Of a stretch of 64,000 nt of DNA, positions 24,999 to 36,885 are shown one piece after another. Both the position numbers and the translations under genes were made by a program. Origin of the DNA: Asterias rubens. Taxonomy: Eukaryota. Location of the stretch: positions 12,710,001-12,774,000 of the forward strand of contig NC_047076.1 of NCBI RefSeq assembly GCF_902459465.1. Direction: 5' to 3'. Numbering within the stretch: position 1 is the first letter of the stretch; each line of letters begins with the position of its first letter. The notes under the pieces are model-generated. The model saw only the letters and a program-made list of their open reading frames with translations, was not told where the DNA came from and did no database searches.

Positions 24999-25550
24999 CC
25001 TTAATTGCATGGTTGAGGAATACAACAAATTCAATCAAAAACGAGAGAGGAAAGATTGAGAAAAAAAAAACCCAAACATTTCATTAGCTTGATTGGGTAT
25101 CGAGTACATTTCTGTAAAGGAAAAGAAAACGCACCCTTAATTGCATGGTTTATTAATACAACCGAATCAATCAATGACGCGAATATAATACAGAAAACGC
25201 ACCCTTAATTGCATGGTTTATTAATACAACCGAATCAATCAATGCAGGAATATAATACAAACTAAAAGCAATCAATTTTTATTCAGAAAAATGAAGAGAA
25301 AAAAACCCAATCAACTTGATTCTTGATTGGGTCTCAAATACATTCATGTACAGGAAAAGAAATCGAATACTTAATTGCATGGTTTAGAAGTTGATCAGAC
25401 TCAATCAATATGCCTAGTGCGAATATAATAGACATTCAAAGCAATCACTTTTTTAAGAAAGATGAAGAAAAAACCAACAACATTTCATTAGCTGGATTGA
25501 GTGTAAAATACATTCCTGTACAGGAAATGAAAACCACACTTAAGTGCCTT
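24999..25550. repeat. Degenerate ~170-bp tandem repeat with one internally deleted unit
   Basis: 'cttaattgcatggtt' recurs at ~25000, 25136, 25204 and 25371. Confidence 0.75.
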
Positions 25551-27810
25551 TTTGGCTTGAGCATTTTTTATACTATAATAGCTTGATGAGTCATCTGCCA
25601 CACAATCAATGACGTTGGGAATAAAAGGTAGTGGCGAGGGGGGGGGGGGGGGTCAGTTCTCAAAGACGAATCCATGGAGAGTTCTCCTAATGCTGTTGTC
25701 CAAAATGGATTAGAGTATATATTAACCCTAAGTAGTATACAACTTTTTGTGAAATAAAATAACTTAAAATATGCATACAGTATATTCTTGGCAGTACAAT
25801 ACAACACTAATACAATGTAAACACTAGAGTCAAACTCCTGTGATACCTGAAAGCAAACTGAAATTTAATTAAATGTTGTACTGGGGTATTTTACGTGCGT
25901 TGATAGTTGTTATAAAAAAACACGGGACCTACATCTTTACGTCCCATCCGAAGGTCTCGAGCTACAAGTGCCGCAAAAAACGTGCATTTAAGCAGATACA
26001 CTGAGTAATTTGTACTTCCATTATACTCAAATGATACACTCGTCCTCGTTGCTTTACATTATGAACTAATTGAATGCGGGTTTGATCAGGATTCAAACAC
26101 AACGGAGATACCAAAAACGGAGATACCAAAATAAGATTGAAAAAACAAGGAAATTGCAGTTGACACTTCTAGGGCGCGGCAAAGTAGACACATCATTAGC
26201 AAAGCTTGTCGTATACAGCCTAGCTGTCTGCGCAGTAACTTGAATAGTCTGCACTTTCCCCAACTCTAATAATTGTTAGAGTTAGGGAAAGTTATGAATC
26301 CAAAAGTTACCATTTACGAAGGAATTATGCAATTGTTTTTTGTGGGTGGTGATGTACGTCTGGTGAAGCCAGTCTGAGATATACCAACAGCATTAGTTTC
26401 AATGTCTCACTTTTGAATTATCTGCAATTATTTTCTGGCGGCCTATACTGTAGTTTTAGGTGACACTTCTCTCTGGGCTAAATCTTTGAATAACACTCAA
26501 GAACTTATGTTCATTGGGAAACATAACTCTTCCATGGTGACAGGGGTGTTTGGTAGTTTGTATTATTCAACCTTACATCTCGCATGTCAAATATAGATCA
26601 GTTGATAAAACACTGATGACATTTTTTAGAAGTGCAATCATAATTGGGTAATGTATGTTCACCATTAGCTTTTAATGAGTAAAATAGTCCGTTTATTTAT
26701 TGTAACCGGCAGCACTCGTTACTTTGTGCTGATAAAAGGGGTTATAAATAACAGTGAGGTATGAAAAGTAACTTGTCTCGTACGTGTTACTTAATACCAG
26801 AAAGTTTCTAATCGAAAGTAAAAATTATGACGAGCCGCGGCAAACCGCCTATTGTTGCATAAATCGTCAGCAAGTCCACGAAGTGCCCCAAAGTCCACTG
26901 CAGTTGTTTGGCAGGCAAGACTTGGTGTTTGGAGAAAACCGCGTTGAAGTTAACCTAATTTTGAAATCGTTGGTTCGTACTGTATTCCAAGCGAAAGTAA
27001 ATGACAAGCTGCGGCACGCCATCTTTTCCCTTGTGCCCCAAAATAGCCGATGCAATTGACTGCACCTTCCCCCCCCCTAAAAAAAAATAATTAAATAAAA
27101 TAAAATAAAAAATCGGAGATAACTGCGTTTGAGGTTTTAACTTATTTGAAATGTTCACCGCTTAATATTTTCAACAATTACAATATGTGAAAGGTACATC
27201 TTAAATCATATTATGGTGTTTAAATTTTATTTCTTATCATGATGCTGCTGATATTCATGGAAGAAAATGTAGATTGCACTGTCTGATCAGACAATGCAAT
27301 CTACATTTTCTTCCATTTTGTGTACAAATTGTCTCGGCAATAGTCCAGCACTGTGGCTGTTTTGTAGACACGAGACATGTTTCGTGGTCAGGTCTATACA
27401 GAGATTTCTCTTGAACGTTTGCAGTCAAGCTGTCCATAGTGTTGAGTTTCAGACTTAACACTTCGAGAATTCCCTTGCTCCATAATGCTTGCGTGATTAC
27501 TGTAACAAAATACAATGTTATTGCTAGACTAGCATGCATCCGTCCAGTGTAATTATGTAAAACTTTTTCAACTTTAGAGAATGTGTGAGTGTAGTGTTAG
27601 TCTAAACAAGCATAATGTAATGCTGGCTTCCGGGACCTTGTAGCCCTCTGGAATAAAAAAACATACGTAGACAGGCACGTGTAATAAGCTGCAAACGCTA
27701 TTGATGGTAGCTGGGAGAATTAAGAGAGTATCATATTCAAAGAGTGACTGTTACTCTTCCATTGCACATGCGTGGCTTGTAACTTAAGGAACTGCATGTT
27801 CACCCCCGAT

Positions 27811-27835
27811 TGACGTCATCACGGGTCAAAGGTCA
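27811..27835 (+). promoter_or_regulatory. Palindromic CRE next to a DR1 nuclear-receptor element
   Basis: TGACGTCA at 27811-27818; GGGTCA-A-AGGTCA at 27823-27835. Confidence 0.45.
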
Positions 27836-28738
27836 ATGCCCGCCTCGGCGTGGTGCAGTGCCCCCAGACTTCAAACTCTGCCAGGACTCCGTGTTGTGTA
27901 AACTTTGAAACGGATCGACGGAAGAGAATTTCAAATATTGGCTTAGCCCTCCCGAACGTATTGTTTTGTTCACCTGCCCTGTGAAAATAAGATCGTTCCC
28001 CGGTGGGGACCTGAATCAGCACAGGAACTGTTTGGTTCTCCCTGCGGGGTCGATTGTATCAGATTTGGGAAAGTTACGAGTTTGGATCCTGAGGCTTGAT
28101 GGCCGGGGGAAGAGAAGCGTCTGGCAGGCTGCAACAGGGGGAACAAATAGCCCCAACATGCCGTGGAATATTAGTAATTACCTAGCCTTGTATAATCAGC
28201 CATGTTGCCGTACCTCTACTAAGATTGTATTTTCTTTTCTGCTGGTTATTAAAACTATGTAATAATAATCCAGGTTTAATCTTCGGATCCTTTTTTGTGA
28301 GGATGAAAATATTTGAGCCCGTGCTGAACAGCTGAGCAGCTGTTATGAAAGTGAATAGGCTTTGAGATTGCCTTCCGAGAAGGGGTGTGGTTACTTCTTT
28401 ACAATATCTGAATATCAAATCCAAGAGTTCGTGAAACATATTTTCATCTTTGTCATAAAAGGCCTATCCGGAATATCCTCCGATCATCGGCCAGTTCGTC
28501 TGAGAATATTCCTTGTCATTTTCGCACATTAAAGGCGATGGATTATTGGTAATTACTCGAAATAATTGATAGAACAAAAACTTACCTTTCTGGATTTGAG
28601 GCATTGCATGGTGGGGTGTCAATATTATGTTTGGTTTGCGGTAGTGTGTATATACTTGGTAGAGTTTCTTTAGAGAACTGTCTAATTGCTATATATTTTA
28701 CTACCGCGGTTTTTCGGATAGTTCAGGAGACCACTTAA

Positions 28739-29116
28739 AGCCAGTGGACACTATTGGTAATTGTCAAAGACCAATCTTCTCACTTGCTGTATCTCAACAT
28801 ATGCATAAAATAACAAACCTGTGAAAATTTGAGCTCGATTGGTCGTCGGAGTTGCGAGATAACTATGAAAGAAAAAACACCCTTGTCACACGAAGTTGTG
28901 TGCTTTCAGATGCTTGATTTCGAGACCTCAAATTCTAAACTTGACGTCTAGAAATCAAATTCGTGGAAAATTACTTCTTTCTCGAAAACTACTCCACTTC
29001 AGAGGGAGCCGTTTCTCACAATGTTGTATACTATCAACCTCTTCCCATTACTCGTTACCAAGTAAGGTTTTATGCTAATAATTATTTTGAGTAATTACCA
29101 ATAGTGCCCACTGCCT
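28739..29116. mobile_element. TTAA MITE, full length, inserted into a hammerhead-bearing repeat
   Basis: TTAA at 28735-28738 and 29117-29120; both TIRs present. A short left-end fragment also lies at 28533-28590. Confidence 0.9.
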
Positions 29117-29167
29117 TTAAGGTTATAGGATCGTTTTTTGGTGCACGACCGCGGAGACAGTGAGTTC

Positions 29168-29213
29168 TTAAATTGGTCTCAACGTTTCGACTAGTTTGCT
29201 CTAGTCATCGTCA
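29168..29213 (-). ncRNA. Hammerhead motif of the same family as 2838, with the 5' core damaged
   Basis: Minus strand reads ATGACGA-T-GACTAG agcaaa CTAGTC-GAAA-CGTT-GAGACC; shares ~90 bp of downstream sequence with the 2838 copy. Confidence 0.55.
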
Positions 29214-30724
29214 TGAATGGTATCGAGAAATGGAGAGCTGTTGATAGTATAAAACATTGTAAGAATTGTTTTCCTCTGAAGTAACGTAGTTTTTCTTAAA
29301 CTTCAGATGAAGGCTTTTTATGCAACTGGGGGAAAGCATACAAAGTTGTATTTATTAAGAAAAGGTCCACTGGGGATCACATGTCAGATATATTTCTCAT
29401 TACGTTTTTACTGGTGTAAATTTGTGCCAAGAATAATTTCGTTTCATCCACAAAGGTAGACTCAATCCCATACCACCTGTTGATATCCCCATCTGATTTC
29501 AGTCGTCAATCATTTTTCAAGTCAATATCTGAATTGGTGCATCTTCTCTTCAAGAGTAATTTTGATATGTCAGTAAAAAAAAAGAAGTACGTAGTCAGGC
29601 CAACATGAAAAAGGGATAGTATTTATGACATAAAACCGATATGACTATTTGAAAGATATGATACACGAGGACTTCAATTGGAGAAGTGGAACAACAGGAC
29701 AAAACAAATACCTCAGCTCAGACATTGGATCTTCCCTCCAAAGCCTCCCTTATCGCGATATCGTCAAACCCGAGGCCTCGCAATGTTATACACCTCCTAT
29801 AAAGTTTCTCCGTATAACTCCCAACGGGGTGGGCCCGGGACTTAATAAGTGAAAGTGAAACATCGGATTTACATGTCAACCTAGACTTGTGTCAAGTCGT
29901 TAAATGTCCGTCGCAGTGATAGCAAACTCTGACTTTCTCCGCGCGATTCCGAACCTCCCCGCAAATCCCGCGGTATAATCGCGAGACTGCTGGGTTCCAC
30001 GGGACAATTGGTCTAACGGCCATGGAAGTCCGCAACCAGCAGAGCAGTGTTCTCGTGAGAGCAGTATTCGATCGAGGAAACCTGGATCACTACGCCACCA
30101 CAACGACTCGACTATCTCACTGCGACCATTAAAGACTTGTTCACAAGTCTAATGTCAACCCCTGTAGCGAGCGCCACTTCTTGACTAACAAATAAATCAG
30201 AGGCAGTCCTTTCCAAACGGGTAATCCAACCCGAGTAGTTGAAAGTGGAGATATCATAAGTGGTGTGATTTATGTACAAGCTTCCTGGGAGTTGTGTATA
30301 ATGCTGAATTGTAAGCCAACTCCTGTAGATTCGTGTATCGTATGAGATATCAGGTCCTCCTGCCCTTAATAATAAGCCCCTCCCCTCAAATGCATGAGAA
30401 TAAACATACTTCCTGAAAGTTCTGGCATAGAAATTAGTCTTCATTTCGTGTGCTCCTTTTCATTAAAGTAATCTGTTTGGGAGGATGGTTGACGCGCTCA
30501 GAATACGATCCCTGTTTGCCACTTGGATCCTTCGGGATGCCTGGCTTGCGGTTGTCAGTCTGAAAATTATTCGTTGCATTTTGTAGTGAGCCTGCGTTTA
30601 CTGGATGGGCTTGTATCATGACAGGTTCCATTTTGTTATAGAATCCACTCCACAGCGTCCCTGAACATGTTAAAGTTGAATGTTTCTTTGTCTGGTGAAA
30701 TGCATGACCGAAAGCAATTTTCAA

Positions 30725-30881
30725 TAGACCCTTCTAGGCTGTATACTCCCCAGGGAGCTGAGATGGTTAAAGGAATGATTTAAGGCCCAGTGACCAGGGG
30801 TAATAATGTCGGAAGCGCTTTGAGACACCCCGTGAAAAAGCGCTATATAAAAACCGTGTATTATTATTATTATTATTATTC
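30725..30881 (+). mobile_element. L2-type retroposon 3' end with a (TAT)n tail
   Basis: aagcgctttgagac..aaaagcgctatataaa stem-loop, then tattattattat. Confidence 0.75.
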
Positions 30882-30889
30882 CCTTGAAA

Positions 30890-31075
30890 TATGTAAATTG
30901 CACGTAGCGCGTGCGCACTAACGTTTTGGTTGGCAACATGAGGGAACATCGCGCTGTTTTGTACACGGCTAATGGGTGCGTGACGCAGACGCAACTGCGC
31001 GTCTGCTTAGTGCACAACTCTATGGAGTTTGCCAACCAAAAGGGTCTGTACGCATGCGTGAATGTAATTAGCATA
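30890..31075. mobile_element. Imperfect palindromic MITE
   Basis: Arms share TATG..AATT..TTTTGGTTGGCAA in inverted orientation. Confidence 0.55.
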
Positions 31076-31104
31076 TTTCATTCGCAGCACAAGCAGAATA
31101 ATAA

Positions 31105-31243
31105 AGCACGGTTCGTACTTCCTGTGAATGCGAACGCAAAGCGATTTTGGGTGACGCAATAATCGGTACGCACTCCCTTTCAAATTGTGCCGCAAACAAA
31201 TTGGCTTCGCCACGAAGCATTCGCATGAAGTATGAACCGGGCT
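31105..31243. mobile_element. Short TIR MITE (Harbinger-like)
   Basis: AGCACGGTTCGTACTTC ... GAAGTATGAACCGGGCT, flanked by TAA / TGA. Confidence 0.7.
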
Positions 31244-32054
31244 TGAGTGAGATCAGACTTTGGAGCGATCTGTAAAGACAAACTAAAGAAAAAGAACTAA
31301 GTCCATTGGCAAAGAAGTACATCTTATACTTGTTTTGCAGTATAACCTAACTGGCATTACCATAGGCTTGTCGGAATCAGTTACAGCCAGTCGCTTAGGC
31401 AGAGTGGATAGAGCTTCTATCTGCTGAACGTTCAGGAAGTGCCAACCTTTGAAAGAGGACCCAAATTGCTTCGGGTTCGCCAGCCAAAAGTCGTAGAAGT
31501 CATCTGCCAGTGTTTTTCTGAGCCAATTCGAAACGAGCGAGCACAAAACAAACGTTGCTTGTTATTTAGTTAGTCCTACGCCGGCGGGTGTAGATCCTTC
31601 TAAGATTACTTAGTCAAATGCAATTACTGAAAGTCTACAAGATACTAAAGAATGGTTAGCAAGTATAAATGAAAAGCGTCGGGTACTTCCCATTTGAACT
31701 GTGGTATTTACCCTATAGTTTGTGCTTTGAAAGGCAAATGGTATCTGAAACGGAAAAAGAGTTCAAACAAAATGATGTTCGCTCCCGATGAAACTTAAAA
31801 TCTATTAGAAATTTGGTTGTTTTACTCAGTGAAACGCAGTTACTGAAAGTCAACAAATACAAAGAAAAGGCTAACAAGTATATGAAAAGCGGTATCTACC
31901 GGACCCTTAGGTTGTGTTGCGAAAGGTAAATCGTGTTTGAAAAGTTCTATCTTGTGAAAATTATGTGGAAAGTCAAATCTTTCTAAGGAGAATTTTAGTA
32001 ACAGGCATTATTACTCGGATGGGATTCGAACCCAAGGCCTTTGCAATTCTATAG

Positions 32055-32198
32055 NNNNNNNNNNNNNNNNNNNNNNNNNNNNNNNNNNNNNNNNNNNNNN
32101 NNNNNNNNNNNNNNNNNNNNNNNNNNNNNNNNNNNNNNNNNNNNNNNNNNNNNNNNNNNNNNNNNNNNNNNNNNNNNNNNNNNNNNNNNNNNNNNNNN
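32055..32198. other. Assembly gap
   Basis: Run of N. Confidence 1.
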
Positions 32199-32410
32199 AA
32201 TGCAAAAGCCTCTAAGCGCATTAAAGAAACAATAAAATAAACAATTAGAGAAAGATACAAGATACAAATAGGCAAATTACCAAAAAAAGAAGCTTTAAAC
32301 AAATGAGTTTTCAACAAGGACTTAAAACATTGTAAAGTATTAGCTTGGCGAATATGCACAGGAAGACTATTCCAAAGAAACGGTGCGGCGTAAGAAAAAG
32401 ATCTGTGGCC
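32199..32410 (-). mobile_element. LINE-2/CR1-clade ORF2 C-terminus and 3' UTR, 5'-truncated
   Basis: GHRSFSYAAPFLWNSLPVHIRQANTLQCFKSLLKTHLFK is the typical L2 ORF2 end; followed by gcgcttagaggc, then the gap. Confidence 0.85.
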
Positions 32411-33213
32411 ATAAAAAAATATATATATAATATATAGTGCACTGAATATACAGTGGTGATAACTCACATAAATGTAAGGCTTTAAAGGAAAAATAATATT
32501 CTTCATCCACGATGAAAATTTATCATAACTGTTGGAAATTTAGTTGTTTTAGGATCATGCAGCGGCTTTGGTATGCCTCGAAGTATTCAAAATCAGAAGT
32601 ATGCTTTTATAACCTGTCTTTATAAGCTTCATTTTTGATAATATTAAATGGGAGTGGCAAGTGCTGACTTCATGTGTTAAAATAAACGTAGGAAAATGTT
32701 TGTGTACATTAGTGCTATTTTGTACGTTGAAAGAAAACGGCGCGACTCAAAAGATCACTTATATGCATCGGCATACAAGGCTATTTTAAAGACTAATCCG
32801 AATTTAATTAAGTGCTGTTTTGAAGGAGATAAAGTCCTCGTTGGTTTCACAAAGCAAAGTACGTCGGCTCAATGATTTAAGGTCAATTAATTGTAATTTC
32901 ATTATCCTATGGATTAAAGATGGTTTAATACAAAAGCGTAAATATATATTTTTTACTACGAATGTATGAAATTGATTTCGGTGAACGTAAAACAGTGCGA
33001 ATGTTGAAAGGAAATGGCGATTGGAAAAAATCAACATACATCGGTAAATAAGGATGCTGGGACTAGTCCAAATTTAATTAGGAGCTGTATTGAAGAAGAT
33101 AAAGTAATCCACCAGTCGATATCACTTTGCAGTATGGGTGTTTGTGCGTTGGGGGGGGGGGGGGGGTAAAGGAAAAATTACAAATAATTTGAGGGTAGAA
33201 CAACAAACATATT

Positions 33214-33297
33214 GGTGTTGTATGCGAATGAGCGGATAAGAACACCCAACTCAGGCTCCGATCAGCAGAGTGTGGGTTCGAGTCCCAGTCGTGACAT
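33214..33297 (+). mobile_element. tRNA-like head of the same SINE family (a minus-strand body fragment lies at 25921-25953)
   Basis: gatcagcagagtgtgggttcgagtcccagtcgtgaca, matching 38830-38870. Confidence 0.65.
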
Positions 33298-33811
33298 TTC
33301 AATTTGTCTATAAGCTAGACACCGGACCATTATAATTGCTGCGTTGTTAATGACACGATTTTTGTTTTGTTTATTATGCTGTAGTGCCGATAATATTAAC
33401 CATCCACGTTATTTATATAATGTGCTGAAATAAAGTCTGATAAAAACAGAATGTCAGCTCTGTAAGGCGGACTGTTTCGCTGGTTACCGACCACCAACAA
33501 CTCCGTATCATTGGTTCAAATGTTGGTGTCCCAAGGAATTCTATCCGCCGGTTACTCTGTCCCGCATATTGGAAATTTACTTGGGTTGGAGGAGCAGAAA
33601 AAAAAGGGCGCTATCAGACGAAGTTAGTTTTACCACAGTTTCCCATTAGGGGTGTGGGGGTGTGTGGGGGGGGGGGGACATGGAACTTCCTGCCACACCG
33701 GATTCAGTTTCCTCCATGATCAGTAATGAGGCCAGCATCCTTACATACCCCAAACAGTTCTCCGTTTCGAGACGACTCCTTTGTTTATCATACGCCAGGC
33801 TTTGTTTCTAG

Positions 33812-33882
33812 GTAAAACACGGACACGGAAAAGTTCCAACGACGTCGATAAATCGGAAGTGAAGAAGGCAAATACAAAAGAG
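33812..33882 (+). CDS. Candidate coding micro-exon (KTRTRKSSNDVDKSEVKKANTKE), gene unknown
   Basis: tttgtttctag| acceptor, GAG|GTAAAT donor, open frame from phase 1 to phase 0. Confidence 0.3.
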
Positions 33883-34151
33883 GTAAATTAATCGCGGCCG
33901 TCGATTCTGGGTCACTCCGATGTCAAAAAGGAAATGGGAGCTTGTGCTCATATTGATGAATCAATTTCACGCAATTTAGAATGAAAACAAGCAACAGGGC
34001 CGGCGAAGCAAAATAGCAGGTATACATACATCAGCAGAGGTTGGGGATCAGTTTCGTACATTTGATGCTACACTAGACTATCAGAAAACAAGTATGGCCC
34101 CGGTAGGGGAGTGTTTGTTCCTCTAAATATAATTTTTGCTCTGATAATATA

Positions 34152-34490
34152 AGACACTGGAAACTATTGGTAATTGTCAAAGACTAGTCTTCTCAATTGG
34201 TGTATCTCAACATATGCGTAAAATAACAAACCTGAAAATTTGAGTTGAATAGGTCGTCGAGGTTGCGAGAAATGAAAGAAAAAACACACTGGTCTCACGT
34301 AGTTGTGTGCTTTTATTTCAGATGCTTGATTTCGTGACCTCAAATTGGTAATCTGAGGTCTATTCGCGGAAAATTATTTCTTTCTCAAAAACTACGTCAC
34401 TTCAGAGGGAGCCGTTTCTCACAATGTTTAATACTATCAACCTCTCCCCATTACTCGTTACCAAGTGAGTTTTATGCAAATGATTATTTC
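34152..34490. mobile_element. TTAA MITE with a degraded right end
   Basis: Internal sequence matches the family; right TIR not recognisable. Confidence 0.8.
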
Positions 34491-35156
34491 GAAGAACTGC
34501 CTTCAGAAGAACTTTTTACTGCCAAACGACCCACACGAGGGTGATCGAATGCACGCATCGTTTGGAAAGAGGTTGCAGCGTATAGCAATCCTTATGATGT
34601 AAACAAGCTTGTCTGGAACACGGTGAAAAGAAAATCCGGAACAATTCAAAATATGGGAGGAGAGAGGAAGCTCTCCCGCGAAAGAAAAAAAAATGAGGTT
34701 GCTGAAGGAGGATGTCGATGATAAAATGAATAAATGCGAGAGTTTTTTCCCCACGTGTGTCCGGAAATGTCATAGATTATTGCAATGTCAACATATTTAA
34801 ACGAGGGACTTGGTGCAATGGGGAGAGGCGGGAGGGAAGTGCGAGTTGTATTCCTAATCGATCCGATAGTCCCAAAAGTGCATCTCTCGTTCTTTTGATT
34901 CTGTGACGTCATCCCCTCTCCTTATATTCCTTAAAGGAGGAGTTGGCAGTTTGTTTAATGTGTAGGATGTGTGTTTGTTCCTTTCAAGTTTGACCTGCGT
35001 GGTTTCCTTTCTATGAGACATTCGCCTTACTGTTTCTCTGGATGAACTTCTTGACATGTATGGGTTGTTCCTTTAAATAGTTACTTGGTCTTGTTTTCTG
35101 TATAGGGGACAGGTTTAGTTCGCCTTACTGTTTCTCTGGATGAACTTTCCGTCTAG

Positions 35157-35202
35157 GGTCAACTCAAGCAACCTACAAAGAAGGGGAAGCAAACTGGAGC
35201 AG
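35157..35202 (+). CDS. Candidate coding micro-exon (GQLKQPTKKGKQTGA), gene unknown
   Basis: CTTAC branch-like motif ~30 nt upstream, ttccgtctag| acceptor, CAG|GTGAGC donor; phase-compatible with 33812-33882. Confidence 0.35.
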
Positions 35203-36885
35203 GTGAGCTATATCAAGTGTTTGCATTCGTTGTTGCCTGATGTGTTTTAACTAGCTTAGGATTGAAATCAAATAGTGTGTCTTCGTCTAAGAAACGTTGC
35301 CCCATGCATCAACACTGCAGCTTCTTCCCATGTTCTTGAATAATTTGCTTGCGTATTTTTGTTATCCTTTGTGGCTTTGAACCATTTTTTTTTTTACTAT
35401 TTCCCTCCTTGGTTTGAATATGCAAATTCGTGGAACCATATTCCATGTGTCGCAATACTTTGTGTGTGCACTTTTGTAAAAACGGACGTTCGCTAGTAAA
35501 GTTTCTCACACTGGGTTTGTTTCAGTTCGGAACGTTGCGTTTGTTTTCTGCACATTTGTGTTACAACTTGTGTGTCAGTTCGTGAAAACGCAATATGCCA
35601 CTTTGTTTTGCAACGGTTTTATTGCATAATTCCCGTAGTTATAGTTGTAGTAGCAGAGTTCTTGAAGCTTCTTGAAATTGTTGTCCTTTGCGAATTCGGA
35701 ATTCTATCCAAACACGTAAAAAACGTGTGCAAAGACCGATCTACTCATGGAGGAAACTAGAATTTTCGGAGGCGTGACCGCGCATCATTTCAGAACATTT
35801 CAAAGTAGTACTCTGAATTGTTCTGAAATGTGTACAAAATGGTTGGAATTTTCTAATCTGAAAACTGTTGAATGGTGTACAGTTCCTTTAAAGTGGTTCA
35901 GTTGACGATAGGGTGCGAGGACACGGGTCGTTTTCTCTTGGGGGAGTGGCGCCAAACTCGACCATCATCAAAATGAAGACATTGAGTGATGATGTGCTGA
36001 CAGTAAAATGACAGTAAACAGTCAAAACATTCAAGAAAACGTATGGGTATTGATCTAGGATTGCCTTTTATTTTTCTATGGCACCAGGTCGATGGCCGTG
36101 GAGCAAGCAAACTTTCTAACATTATACAACTGGAGAGTACGTCAAACCTATCTTTGTCATGTCAATGGACCGTGTGGTGTTTACATCACCATTGGTTGTT
36201 GTCGTAGAAATACACAAAGAACACCAACTTTACACCACATGGTTTAAAATTAACACTAATATATGTTTAATTAATACACTGGTGTTATTTTATACACCGT
36301 ATCATCGTTGATTCTCTTCTATATAATATTTCCTTCTCTATCTACAGTTAACACCACCCATGGTGTCAACTTTAACACCCCGGTTTTGCAGACCAGCATG
36401 CATCTCATTCCACGGCTAATGTGCGCTTATCGAGTATTAATTTGCGATTAGTTGGCGATGTGGGATCAAACTGGGCGAAACTTAACCACACAAACGTAAA
36501 ACCTTATACTATTCCCTTGGTTTAATTACTGCGATACATGCCGACCATCGAGCTTCAAATTTCCTGTACAATACTGAACTTTGATGACCTCCATACAAGG
36601 GATATTATAAACCGGAAATTAAAGCTCTGTTACCAAGCGCCCACCAATACACACAGTGTCTTACGTGATATTTCAGTAACGTCTTGAGGCAAGACTAGCC
36701 GTATTAAGGGGGATACGGCTTAAGTCTGAGTCCGGCAAATTGCAAAGTTAATTAGAGTGATTTTGACAACACATCGCGGGTCCTTCGTTTCGTATGAAAA
36801 CGGGGGGTAAAGGAAGGCAATGCATCAGGCGGGTGGAAGAGGAAGCACAGACTGGTTTAGCGAGGAGTCGTTGAACTCACCTTAA

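Noticed and set aside
26784-27060. AAGATGGCG start-like context on the minus strand (MACRSLSF..)
   Set aside because: The ORF is short, with no convincing donor and no recognisable product.
34505-34720. Frame containing AYSNPYDVNKLVWNTVKRK, faintly like the Tc1/IS630 YSPDLNPIE..W..KR motif
   Set aside because: The key residues are missing, there is an upstream stop and no TIRs were found; the similarity is too weak without a profile search.
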